NCBI GenBank assembly: GCA_963842525.1
Contig: CAWJGT010000003.1
Location: 1,888,001-1,952,000 of the forward strand
Length of the DNA: 64,000 nucleotides
Source of the DNA: an uncultured Holophagales bacterium
Lineage (GTDB): Bacteria; Acidobacteriota; Thermoanaerobaculia; Multivoradales; UBA5704
Direction: 5' to 3'
Below, in pieces: positions 27,899-39,583 of the stretch. The first letter of the stretch is position 1; every line of letters begins with the position of its first letter. The translations under genes and the position numbers were made by a program. The notes below the pieces were generated by a model. That model ran no database searches, had not been told where the DNA came from, and saw only the letters and a list, made by a program, of their open reading frames with translations.

Positions 27899-29981
27899 GT
27901 GGTCCTTCTCGGTACAGACCTTCCGCACGGGGATCCGTTTCGCCTTGGCTCCCTGGCGGCCCGTCTCGGAGAATGGCCGCTGCTGCTCACTCTTGTGGGT
28001 CGGCAGCTCCAGGAATTGGTCAACGAGGACGGGCTTTCCCTGGGGCAGGCTCTCCAGGATGTCGAGAGTGCTCTCCAGGCCGGAGGACTGACGGCTTTCG
28101 ACCGGGAGGACACCAGGAGCCGACAACGGGCGGTGGCCTTGACCCTGGAGGCCAGCCTGGCCCGCCTGGCTGAGGCAGACCATCGGCGCTATGGCGAGCT
28201 TGCGATCTTTCCTGAGGACAGGGATATCCCCCTGTCGATTTTGGAGCGTCTCTGGGGAGCGAGGCCCTTCGAGGTCCGCAAGCTTTGCGAGCGGCTGCGT
28301 GGCCTCTCGCTCGATTTCTCCTATCTGCGGGCGAAGCTGAAGGCCACCGATATCAGCGCGCTGTTCGCGGACTATGCGCCGTGGAGTCGAGAGGACTGGG
28401 AGCTGAGGTTGATCGAGAGCGCCTTGCGGCTTTCGGCCCACGCCCTGACCGAAGACCCGGAGCAACTCGCGCCGCAGTTGCTTGGCAGGCTGCTGGACCG
28501 GCCGGAGCCCGGTGTTGTGCGTCTTCTTCGGGAAATCGACGAGTCGCATCGACTTGTCGGGTTTCGGCCTAGAAAAGCAAGCCTCGCGCCTCCCGGCGGC
28601 CCGTTGGTCCATACCCTCAGTGGTGCCGGTCACGTGACCGCGATTGCGGTTTTGGACGGCCGGCGGGCCGTCGCGGGCTCAGAAGACGGGAAGCTCCGGC
28701 TGTGGGACCTGGAGAGTGGTGAGATCCTGCGGACTCTCGAAGGGCACGCCGCTGAAGTCAGTCACTTGACGGTGCTGAGCGGGGGACGCCTCCTCTCAGG
28801 CTCCTGGGATGGGACGGTACGACTCTGGGATACAGACGAGGGTCGAATCCTTCGTACGTTCGAGAGCTCACTCCCGGACAGGATCAGTGCGCTGGCGGTC
28901 GTGGGGAACCGATGGATTCTCTCATGCTCGATCCTGGGGATGCTGCACCTTCTGGACATGGGAAGCGGCGAGACTCTGCAAGAGCTTGGTGACCCGGCGG
29001 ACGGGGGGACCACGGCACTGGCAGCGCTGGATGAAAGGCGGGCGGTCTCAGCCACCGAGGACGGAGTGTTGGTCTTGTGGGATGTCCAAAGTCGCACGGC
29101 TCTACGCGTTTTCCAAGGTGCCGTCCGTGGAATCACGGCTTTGGCGGTGTTGAACGAAGAGCGGGTGCTTTCGGGTTCGGCGGACGGGAATTTGACTCTG
29201 TGGGACCTGAAGAGCGGCAGGGAGCTCGAGTTGCCGAGGCCACACGGGCGAGATCACGGGACTGGCGTGGTTGAGCGGTCAGAGAGCGATTTCCGGCTCG
29301 CGGGATGGGACACTGCGGTTGTGGGACCCGGAGAAGGGGGAGACCCTTCGCAGGTTCGAAGGTCACACACTTGGTGTCTCTGCTCTTGCAGTATTGGATG
29401 GCGGACGTGCCGTCTCAGGCTCGCTGGACGGCACTCTCCGGGTGTGGGATCTCTCTGGCAGAGAGACTCCTCGCAGCCTAGAAGATCATCCCGACTATGT
29501 TACCTCGCTGGCGTTCCCGGATAGTACCCAAGTCCTGACAGCATCTCGGGACGGCTCGTTCCGGTTGTGGTACTTGGAGAGGGGTGCGCTCCTACGCGCT
29601 TTTGACAGGGCTGCCACCGGAGGCGTTTGGGCACTGACGGCCTTAAGCGGCCGGCGCATCCTTTCGAACTCGGAGAATTGGGCGCTCCAAGTCTGGAATC
29701 TCCAAACCTTACAAACTCTCCGTGCTCTCGTGGGCCACAGCAGCAGGGTCATGGCCTTGTCGGTTATGGACGAGCGACACGTTGTCTCAGGCGCGTTGGA
29801 TGGAACTCTGAAATTGTGGAATGTGGAAAGCGGCGAAATAGTCCGGACCCTCGTGGGCCATACCAACTCGGTCATGACTGTGGCGGCGGTGGAGGGTCAG
29901 CTCGCCGTTTCAGGCTCTGACGACGGGACACTCCGGCTTTGGGATCTGAAAACCGGCCAGATGGGCGGCGGGTCGGCATAG
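27899..29981 (+). pseudogene. Decayed NB-ARC/APAF-1-like WD40 protein (NTPase missing, frameshifted, 3' truncated)
   Basis: GEWPLLL (GxP motif), LAIFPED winged-helix segment, YLRAKL..LFADY helical segment, many GH..SGS.DGT.RLWD repeats; frame switch near 29230-29238. Confidence 0.8.
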
Positions 29982-30346
29982 ACGAAGAGGTTCTTCGGGC
30001 GGGCCAGGGCAGAGTCGAGAAGGCCAGGGTCCCGGAGGCCCTCCGTGCCCCCGTGCTCGGCGATCAGCATCCGGTGGACGGTCAGGACGACCTGCGTCAG
30101 GAGCCACTCCGGCTCGGAGCTCGACTTGGCGAGCTCGTGCAATACGTCGCGGTGCTCGCGCATCACGCGCTCGGCGGCTCGTACCTGGCGCACAAAGCTC
30201 TCGTCGTAGGGCGTGATTTGGAAGCCGTCCGGGGTCTCAACGAGGTAGAGCGTGTCTCCCTTCTTCACCTTCAGGCGCGTGAGTACCTCCTTGGGCAGCA
30301 CCACCCCGGTCGAGCTTCCTACAGTTGTCAGCTTGAGAGCAATCAT
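29897..30346 (-). pseudogene. AbrB/MazE antitoxin fused in-frame to a truncated Doc toxin
   Basis: LTTVGSSTGVVLPKEVL..LHELAK then EPEWL..HGG..GLRDPGLLDSALARP; Fic motif absent. Confidence 0.85.
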
Positions 30347-30431
30347 GTCTCGACCCTCCGCAGTTCATTATAACGGGTATTAGAACGGGAAGGCCATGCC
30401 CTTCCGCCGCGTTTACGTTAGAATGCCGGCC

Positions 30432-32423
<1,992 letters not shown>

Positions 32424-32465
32424 GCGCGAGAGGATACGGCAGGGGCTGAGTTGGCGGGGCGACGT

Positions 32466-32882
32466 TTATCGAATGAAGCGTATCGGGCAAACCTCGGCTT
32501 TGGCGATAGCGTCAAGCTCGTGGTGGTCGCTGGTCACCAGAGTCGCCCCTTCCCGGATCGTCAGGGCGAGCGCGAAGCAGTCGGCTAGCGAAACACGGCG
32601 CCACTCGGCCTTGAGCTTGCCTGCGAGTTGCCAAACATCCGAGGCCAGCGTCTCGAGAAGCTCGAGGTCATATTCGGCAAAAATCGTCTCGATGCTATTC
32701 GCGTCCTCCATGTTGCCGCGCCGGTAGAGATCGTAGTAGACCTCGCAGGCATTGACCGCATGAATGAGACAGCGGTTTGTGGGTTCTTGCAGCAGCTCCT
32801 CTACCACTTCGGCACCAGGCTCGTCCTCCAGAAGGGCAATGAAGGCACAAGCGTCGAAGACGAACACCGGTTCAGCGGGCAA
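32466..32882 (-). CDS. VapC/PIN toxin
   Basis: VFDACAFIA, NACEVYY, SLADCFALA, LVTSD. Confidence 0.88.
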   Translation of the reverse strand: MPAEPVFVFDACAFIALLEDEPGAEVVEELLQEPTNRCLIHAVNACEVYYDLYRRGNMEDANSIETIFAEYDLELLETLASDVWQLAGKLKAEWRRVSLADCFALALTIREGATLVTSDHHELDAIAKAEVCPIRFIR

Positions 32883-33219
32883 ATTTCCGCTCCTCGATTT
32901 CGATCTCCTCCTGCTTGCGCCTTGCGAGCTCTTCGCTCCCTGAAGTCAGCCCGCGGCCGGCACCCCGCAGGCGCTGCAGGCGCGCACGGCGTTCGTCCGT
33001 GGACAGTTCCCGAAACGACCGTGGATCCCTGGCCAGCTCGGCTGCCAGAGCCGTCAAGCTTCCGCGGGTTTGTGGCGGAGCCGTGACGTGCTCCTCCGTC
33101 CCGCTCTGCTGCGGCACGAGCACAATGAGCTCCGCCGGCCCCGAAGGAATCGTCTCAGGGAACACGATCGTCGCGCGGTGATTCTCCGGGATGATGACCT
33201 GCATTTTGTGGGCCTGCAT
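32872..33219 (-). CDS. Putative antitoxin partner of the PIN toxin
   Basis: Overlaps the PIN gene start; SD AGGAG before ATG 33219; IPSGPAELIVL; acidic tail. Confidence 0.65.
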   Translation of the reverse strand: MQAHKMQVIIPENHRATIVFPETIPSGPAELIVLVPQQSGTEEHVTAPPQTRGSLTALAAELARDPRSFRELSTDERRARLQRLRGAGRGLTSGSEELARRKQEEIEIEERKFAR

Positions 33220-33367
33220 CGCTGGGTCTTCTCCTCGTTTTGAATCCACCCTCGCAGCCTCGCTCACAAGGCGGGCTGGGCTCACTAGCTGCTACGGGAG
33301 TATGCCACGACCTCGGCCCTTGGGCGAATGGCGCAAGAGGCTTGGGGCCGTGCTAGCATGGTGAGCT

Positions 33368-33959
33368 ATGAGCCAGGGGACGGCAGCCAAATCGCCCTCC
33401 GCGCCTGAGCTTTCGCTCGACGAGTGGTTCGCTCTGCCCGAGGATGAGCCCGGCGAGCTCGTGGATGGACGCCTCGAGCAAGAGGAGGTGGCGGACTATC
33501 TTCACGAGCTTCTGGTCGCGCTCCTGGGCCGGAGTCTCGGGAACTGGATCTTCCCGCAAGGGGGGCTGGTCGCCGGCTCCGGGGGCCAAGCTCGCGATCG
33601 GTTCCAGACGCGGCCGGAAACCCGATCTCACAGTCTACTTGCCGGGCAGCCGTCGTCCACCGGCCCGCGGCCTGATCCGCGTCCCGCCCGATATCGCCAT
33701 CGAGATCGTCTCCCCGACGCCCCGCGACGGCCGCCGCGACCGGGTGGAGAAGCTGGCAGACTACGCGGCCTTCGGCGTGGCCTGGTACTGGCTCCTCGAC
33801 CCGCAGCTCCGCAGTCTGGAAGTCCTCGAGCTCGACCCACAGGGAAGTTATCTCCACGTCCTGGGTGCCACCACCGGCACGCTGGAGAAGGTCCCGGGCT
33901 GTGACGGGCTGACGCTCGATCTCGACGCGCTCTGGGCGGCGATCGACAAGCTCGAATAG
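33368..33959 (+). pseudogene. Uma2/DUF820-family endonuclease, frameshifted
   Basis: LPEDEPGELVDG in one frame; RKPDL, PDIAIEIVSP, YAAFGVAWYWLLDP in the next; shift at G5 run 33581-33585 (could be a sequencing error). Confidence 0.8.
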
Positions 33960-34011
33960 CACCACCCCACTTCCCGCGGGAAAACTGTACCTCTTTGCGG
34001 CTCCCGACGCG

Positions 34012-34040
34012 GATGGCCGCCTTTCCGGCGGACCTGCGTC
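34012..34040 (+). promoter_or_regulatory. Candidate ECF sigma promoter, copy 1
   Basis: GATGGCCGCCTT-N11-TGCGTC; same boxes and spacing as 38856-38884 on the minus strand. Confidence 0.7.
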
Positions 34041-34171
34041 TATTCAGGTGAGGGCCGCCGAGTGGCTGACGGTGGACCCAAGAGAAGATAGAGAGAAAAG
34101 TCGAACGCCGCGCCGTCTCAGCAAGGGGCCGCTCATGTCGGGCGGCTTCGACATAGGGAGAGGAGGAGTCA

Positions 34172-34615
34172 ATGAACCATACCATCGAGGTGTCGTTTGT
34201 GGGCACTCGCGTGCATGCCGAGCCCAATCCCTTGCCAACGCGTGGAAACACTCAACAACCACCCCAGACCGTCATCAGTCCTGGAGACACAATAACTTGG
34301 GACTGGAGCCAGGCCGCGCCAGGAAGGAATCTGCAGGTGGTTTTCGTGGAAATGGGTCTTCTGGAGCAGGATGGCAGTGTTGGAAGCAACCAGCCGGTCG
34401 ACCCCCTGGGTCCCTTAAGCAGGCTTTCGCTTGGTGCCAACTTGATCGAGGGTACCGTCCATTCGAACGTCCCCCAGAACGTCAGTCAAGCCCAGCGGTT
34501 CTTCTATAGAATTTTTGAAAACGGCAATCCTCTTGTTTGGGATAACCCGGTGCCGGGGAAGAGCGACCCGAGGATGAACGGCGGCGGCATCGACATCCCG
34601 AACACGCCTCCGTAG
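34172..34615 (+). CDS. Small leaderless beta-rich hypothetical protein (PGDTITW, cupredoxin-like strand pattern)
   Basis: Strong SD GAGGAGGAG, lower GC, no signal peptide. Confidence 0.75.
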   Translation: MNHTIEVSFVGTRVHAEPNPLPTRGNTQQPPQTVISPGDTITWDWSQAAPGRNLQVVFVEMGLLEQDGSVGSNQPVDPLGPLSRLSLGANLIEGTVHSNVPQNVSQAQRFFYRIFENGNPLVWDNPVPGKSDPRMNGGGIDIPNTPP

Positions 34616-34628
34616 GGTATGCTACCGA

Positions 34629-37385
34629 CTAGCTCGCGTCCTTGCCAGACCCGCGGGAGTCGAGGAGTGCCAGGAAATCCGGGTCCTCCTTGAGTGAGCG
34701 GAACTCGGGGATCGTGAACCACTCCCGCCGGATTCTCTTCTCGAAGGCCAGCTTGGCGTAGAAGACGGCCGACACGTGGTCTCCCAGGAGGGCATAGATC
34801 TGTGCGGCCTGATGGAGGATCTGGGCTTCTTCTGGCATCTGTTTGACCGACTCGTCGACGAGACGTTCCGCGTCCACCCGCTGGCCCAGGCGCGCGAGAC
34901 ACTGGGCATGGAGCATGCGGGTGTGTGCATCCAGCGGAGTTGACGGGTTGGCCAGCTCCCTTGCCAGAGTGCGATAGAGGCTTTGCGCTTCGTCCATCTC
35001 GCCCTGGGCTTCGAGCGCGGTGGCCAGGTTGAAGCGGGTCTGGCGGTGGTCGGGCTCGAGAGCGAGAGCCCTCCGGTCAGCCGTGGCGGCCGCGGCGTAG
35101 TCGCCAAGAAGGAAACGGACGAAACCAAGGTTCGTGAGGTTAGGCCGCGTCGGCCGGGTGCGGATCAGATCTTCGTAGAGCGCCGCGGCGCGATTGAGGT
35201 CTCCGAATTGGACTTCCAGCGCCGCCACGTTCTCCCACACGACCTGGTTGTTCGGCTGCTCCGCCAAGAGCGGTTCAAGGCGTTGCCGCGCGGCGTCGCT
35301 CTCGCCCAGCCGGAGCTCCAGTGTCGCCACTTCCAGAATCTTGCGCCAGGTGGGCCGCCGCTGGGCGACTTCGTCCTTCACCCGTCGAGCCTCATTCAGA
35401 TCTCCTTGTGTTTCTAGCAGGTCGGCCTTGGCGCTCAGTACGCGGATGTCGCCGGGAGCCAGACTCTCCAATCGCGCCAACGTGGCACCGGCGGCATCCA
35501 GACGGTTGCCTTCGAGCTCGATTCGGAGGCGGGTGAAGGTAGGTGCCGGATCGAAGGGAGAGATCGCCTCGGCCGGTTCTACAAACGCCAAGGCGCGATC
35601 GATGGCCCCCTGGTTGCGTGCGATGCCCGCAGCAAGCAGATACGCACCGACGAGACCGGGTGACGTTTGAAGCAGAGCGTCCAACCGAGCGAGCTCGTCA
35701 TTTCCGAGGCGTTTGCCGGCATCGACTCGGCGTTCGAGCTCGATGTAGGCGGAATAGTCCTGGGGTCTCACCTGGCTGCCGCGCGACCCCCGCCGGGGCC
35801 GATAATCGGGGTAGAGCTGTTGCAGGCTGCCCCGCACTCCGTCTGCAAGCTGATAAGTGTTCTCAATTCCAACCGGGACTTCGAAGGGCCCGACCGTGCC
35901 CAGGGCCTCGCCTCCGCGCTTGCGGAGGCGCCGGAAGATCACCTGACACCAATCCCCCCGGCAGTTGAGAATGGGCAGGAGCACTTCGTCAGCCTCGGTG
36001 GAGCGCAGCCTTTCCGCCGTGGACCCACTCCCCTCTTCCTGCTCGGGTGGGTCGAGGGGCTGTAGACCTTCGAGCGAGATGAGAGTGGAAAGGATGGCTT
36101 CGATCACCTCGGACGTGACGAAGGCGAGCTCAGGAGTGTCTCCCACCAAGATCGCCGCCGGTCGCAGGACTGCTATCTTCAGAGGGGGTGCTGCAAAGGG
36201 CCAGAGCCTAAAGGCAAGAGCAAAAACGAAAAGAAGGATGACCGCTAGCACTCCGGCGAGGAGGCTCATTTGGAGCGTCTTTATCCGGCGCCCGCGGCGG
36301 AACGCCGGTGACGTCGGCGCCGTGCCCGATTCGAGGTCGGACAACAACTGCGCCGCGCTCGCATAGCGCTCCGCCGGGTCCTTGGCCAGCGCCCGGTCCA
36401 CCACCCGGGCCAGTTCCGGCGGTACGTCCGGCCGGACTTTCTCGAGCGGCTTGGGCTCCTGGGTCAGGATCGAGGAGACCACCGCCTCCATGCTCTCGCC
36501 CCCGAAGGGCCGCCGGCCGGCAACCATTTCGTAGAGCAGCACCCCGAGCGACCAGACGTCGGTGCGGCAGTCCACCGCCTCACCGCGGGCCTGCTCGGGC
36601 GACATGTAGGCAGGCGTCCCCCAACTCGCTCCAGTACGGGTGAGGGAGACCTCTTCGCCTTCCAGCCGGGCGATGCCGAAGTCGAGGATCTTCACCTCGC
36701 CCCGCCGGGTCAGCATGACGTTGGCGGGCTTGATGTCGCGGTGGGTGATCCCCGCCTCGTGAGCACAAGCCAGACCCCGCGCCACCTGGATCGCTATCTC
36801 CCTGGCCTCCGCGAGCGGCAACGGTCCGCGCCTGATCCGCTTTCGTAGGGTCCCGCCCTCGTACAGAGCCAGGACGATATAAAGCCGGCCTTCGCTTTCG
36901 CCGACGTCGTGGACAGTACAGAGGTTGGGGTGGTCCACGGCCGAGGCGGCGCGTGCCTCGCGGAGGAACCGCTCTTTCGCCCTGCGGTCGCGGCTGTACT
37001 CCGGCGGCAGGATCTTGACGGCCACGCGGCGCCCGAGCCGCGTGTCTTCCGCCTCGTAGACCGTCCCCATGCCGCCGCCGCCAATTTCACGGAGAAGCCG
37101 GTACGGACCCACCTGCTGGCCGGAGAGATCGGTCTCACCCTCCTCCTCGTCAGTATCCCCGGCGAGGAGGTCCGGAGCGTACTCGCCGGCCGGTGTGCCG
37201 AGGAAGCCGCCGGCTTGCGCATCCGCTTCCAGGACGGACTCCACCTCGGCGCGCAGGTCCGGGTCGCCGGCGCAGGCTTGATCGAGGAGAGCACCCCGCT
37301 CCGCGGGAGGGAGGTCCAGAGCCACGTCAAGGATCGCCTCGATCCGCCGCCAACGGGTGACATCCACCGGCGGGATCGGCTTCAT
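34629..37385 (-). CDS. Ser/Thr kinase with TM helix and TPR repeats (ECF-associated type)
   Basis: N-terminal RWRRIEAILDVALDL..ACAGDPDLRAEVE, GGGGMGTVY, HRDIKPAN, DFG, YMSPEQ; TM segment; TPRs. Confidence 0.94.
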   Translation of the reverse strand: MKPIPPVDVTRWRRIEAILDVALDLPPAERGALLDQACAGDPDLRAEVESVLEADAQAGGFLGTPAGEYAPDLLAGDTDEEEGETDLSGQQVGPYRLLREIGGGGMGTVYEAEDTRLGRRVAVKILPPEYSRDRRAKERFLREARAASAVDHPNLCTVHDVGESEGRLYIVLALYEGGTLRKRIRRGPLPLAEAREIAIQVARGLACAHEAGITHRDIKPANVMLTRRGEVKILDFGIARLEGEEVSLTRTGASWGTPAYMSPEQARGEAVDCRTDVWSLGVLLYEMVAGRRPFGGESMEAVVSSILTQEPKPLEKVRPDVPPELARVVDRALAKDPAERYASAAQLLSDLESGTAPTSPAFRRGRRIKTLQMSLLAGVLAVILLFVFALAFRLWPFAAPPLKIAVLRPAAILVGDTPELAFVTSEVIEAILSTLISLEGLQPLDPPEQEEGSGSTAERLRSTEADEVLLPILNCRGDWCQVIFRRLRKRGGEALGTVGPFEVPVGIENTYQLADGVRGSLQQLYPDYRPRRGSRGSQVRPQDYSAYIELERRVDAGKRLGNDELARLDALLQTSPGLVGAYLLAAGIARNQGAIDRALAFVEPAEAISPFDPAPTFTRLRIELEGNRLDAAGATLARLESLAPGDIRVLSAKADLLETQGDLNEARRVKDEVAQRRPTWRKILEVATLELRLGESDAARQRLEPLLAEQPNNQVVWENVAALEVQFGDLNRAAALYEDLIRTRPTRPNLTNLGFVRFLLGDYAAAATADRRALALEPDHRQTRFNLATALEAQGEMDEAQSLYRTLARELANPSTPLDAHTRMLHAQCLARLGQRVDAERLVDESVKQMPEEAQILHQAAQIYALLGDHVSAVFYAKLAFEKRIRREWFTIPEFRSLKEDPDFLALLDSRGSGKDAS

Positions 37386-37972
37386 CCGGGGCCTTGGCCG
37401 CCGAGGGCCTGGAAGAGGAAGGCTCGGGCCTTGCGCCAGTCGCGCCGCACCGTCCGCTCCGATGTCCCCATCGCCTCGGCGGTCTCCTCCTCGGTCAGCC
37501 CAGCGAAGAAGCGTAGCTCCACGAGTTGGCTCAGACGCTCGTTGAGAGCCGCGAGCGACGTCAGAGCACGATCCACGGCGAGGACCTCGACGACGCGTGC
37601 CTCCGCATCCGACTCCCCACCTAGGCGCAACTCGTCGAGCGCGATCCGCACGTCCTCGCCGCCTCGCTTCTTCGCCATACGCCGGCGGGCGGAATCCACC
37701 AGGATGTGACGCATGGCAAGGGCGGCCACCGAGAGGAAATGGGAGCGGTCCTCCCAGGTGGTGCCCTGATGGTCCACCAGCTTGAGATAGGCCTCATGGA
37801 CCAGAGCCGTGGTGGTGATCGTCTGCCCCGGCCGCCGGTGCCGGAGCTGGATGCGTGCCATGGCGCGGAGCTCGTCGTAGACCAGGACCATCAGCCTTTG
37901 CGCAGCACTGCCATCCCCCTGGCGCGCTGCGGCGAGGAGGCCGGTGATCTCTCCTGTGGACGTCGAGTCCAT
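37382..37972 (-). CDS. ECF sigma factor, STK-associated (TIGR02999/ECF43-like)
   Basis: EITGLL, VYDELRAMA, TITTTALVHEAYLKL, MRHILVDSAR..KRGG, VELRFFAGLT, TVRRDW; ATGA overlap with the kinase. Confidence 0.92.
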   Translation of the reverse strand: MDSTSTGEITGLLAAARQGDGSAAQRLMVLVYDELRAMARIQLRHRRPGQTITTTALVHEAYLKLVDHQGTTWEDRSHFLSVAALAMRHILVDSARRRMAKKRGGEDVRIALDELRLGGESDAEARVVEVLAVDRALTSLAALNERLSQLVELRFFAGLTEEETAEAMGTSERTVRRDWRKARAFLFQALGGQGPG

Positions 37973-38063
37973 GGCTCCCAGAGTTTTCGAGGACTCTGGG
38001 AAGAATATCCGCCGCCCGGCGGGAATTCAAGCCGGGCGGCGGCGGGCAGGGAGGTGGGGCGGG

Positions 38064-38798
38064 CTAGAAGGTGAATGAGGTCATCAGTGCCCAGCCGAAC
38101 CGTCCCTCCTTCTTGAACCTCACCGCGGTCTCGCCAGATGGGAGCTCCTTACCTTCCTTCAGGCCGTCGCCGAGAACCTGGACGCTCGGGTCGAACGACA
38201 GACCGATTCCAACGTTCACGCTGGCTGATGCTTGGGGGTCTTTTCGGAATCCCCACATGACTCCCACGGCGAGGGAGTCGATTGCGTTGTTGTCGCCGCT
38301 CTGCAGGGCGACGAAAGGGCCGAAACCCCTGAGCGGAGGCTCGGGCGTTTGGCCTTGGCCGGCTTTATCTTTACACCAAGCCGAAGGCGTTGCAGCCGGA
38401 TCCCTGGCTTTCTCCATCTGATTGGCCGCCTTCTTCTTCTGATAGTCGCGCCAGCACCCCACCTTATCGCCGGCCAGGAATACGTGCATCTCCAGGAACA
38501 GTTGCGGGCGCAAGTCGGCCTCTTCATCGACTCGCACGATGCCGCCTTCGATGGCGCCGTCGTCCCCCTCTGTGCCCCCGACGAGCGAGGCCTTCTCGAC
38601 GGCACGGTAACCTCCAAAGCCGCCCATCACGCCGATCCCGGCACCCCACTTCAGTCCCAGGAAGTCGTTGGTCGCCTCTTCCATCTTGGTGGCCATCTCC
38701 ATTTCCATTTGAGTCTGACCCTGCGCCGCCCCGTAGCCACCGATCAGCATCGTCAGTAGGCAAACAAAGATTCGACACCTTCGGCTCGTTCGCTGCAT
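38064..38798 (-). CDS. Exported hypothetical protein, possibly an outer-membrane beta-barrel
   Basis: SD AAGGAGG, signal peptide, amphipathic strands, C-terminal WALMTSFTF. Confidence 0.7.
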   Translation of the reverse strand: MQRTSRRCRIFVCLLTMLIGGYGAAQGQTQMEMEMATKMEEATNDFLGLKWGAGIGVMGGFGGYRAVEKASLVGGTEGDDGAIEGGIVRVDEEADLRPQLFLEMHVFLAGDKVGCWRDYQKKKAANQMEKARDPAATPSAWCKDKAGQGQTPEPPLRGFGPFVALQSGDNNAIDSLAVGVMWGFRKDPQASASVNVGIGLSFDPSVQVLGDGLKEGKELPSGETAVRFKKEGRFGWALMTSFTF

Positions 38799-38855
38799 GG
38801 TGCTCCTCCTTCGGCGAGAGAGGCCAGTCCGGCATGGACGGTCCTCTCTTCTGCT

Positions 38856-38884
38856 GACGCAAGAACTCGCCGAAGGCGGCCATC
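38856..38884 (-). promoter_or_regulatory. Candidate ECF sigma promoter, copy 2
   Basis: Minus strand GATGGCCGCCTT-CGGCGAGTTCT-TGCGTC, about 60 bp before ATG 38798. Confidence 0.7.
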
Positions 38885-38944
38885 ACCTCGGGACGCTGGC
38901 CCAGCGTGCGCTCCGCAGAGCCAGCGTGAGACTCCCGGCGGGAT

Positions 38945-39024
38945 CCGGCGTTGCACAGGTCGGTCTGGATCGCTGGGTTGGACGTGAGGGTGCGGCCACG
39001 GCCTTGCGGTTCATCCGCAGATGG
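38945..39024 (-). pseudogene. Remnant duplicate of internal pfpI segments
   Basis: 38945-39000 matches 40414-40469 at 49/56; 38998-39024 matches 40558-40584 at 26/27. Confidence 0.85.
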
Positions 39025-39043
39025 AAGTCCGGCCGGCTTGAAA

Positions 39044-39583
39044 TCAATGCTCGGGCACGTCCAAATGCCGGACCCGCTCCAGAAGGTAGGCCGGCGGCGA
39101 TCCTTCCAGAGAGACAGGCCAGCCGACGAGGTCGGGACGGCGCCCGAAGAGCACATAGACCTCGCCGTTGCGGCCGGGGCCCTCGCGCAGCCCTTCATTG
39201 ACGACCCACCCGCGCGCGCCTTCTGAAAGCAGAGCCGCGGAGGGCGTCCGGAACCCAGTGGCTCCCAGCTCTCGCAAGCGAGAGGCTTCCTTCGTGCACT
39301 CTGGATAGGTATGGATCCCTCCTATCAGAGTGTCTTCGGGGAGCTCGGCGGTCGAGGCCGGTGGGCCGGAAACTTCCACAGCCCAGATTGCCCTTTGGAT
39401 GCCCGCGAGGTCTGCTGGATCGCGAATCTCTTCGTGGCGGATAAGCTCGGCCCAGGCGCCATCTGGGGTGTCGGCCAGATAATGGACGGGACCCTCGCCA
39501 GGGCCGTTCCAGCGTCCCGGCGGTTGCGCTGCGGTCTCCCAGAGGAACGGGAATCGCGGGTCCGAGTGCCGAAAGAGGATCAC
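39044..39583 (-). CDS. RES-domain toxin
   Basis: LFRH, GRWN, HYLADTPDGAWAE, TPSAA. Confidence 0.85.
   Translation of the reverse strand: MILFRHSDPRFPFLWETAAQPPGRWNGPGEGPVHYLADTPDGAWAELIRHEEIRDPADLAGIQRAIWAVEVSGPPASTAELPEDTLIGGIHTYPECTKEASRLRELGATGFRTPSAALLSEGARGWVVNEGLREGPGRNGEVYVLFGRRPDLVGWPVSLEGSPPAYLLERVRHLDVPEH

Noticed and set aside
33581-33585. Phase variation of the Uma2 gene at a G run
   Set aside because: G5 is too short to support that; a simple indel or sequencing error is as likely
33961-34171. Sigma54 promoter before the 147-aa gene
   Set aside because: No convincing GG-N10-GC with TTGC was found; the shared ECF-type motif fits better
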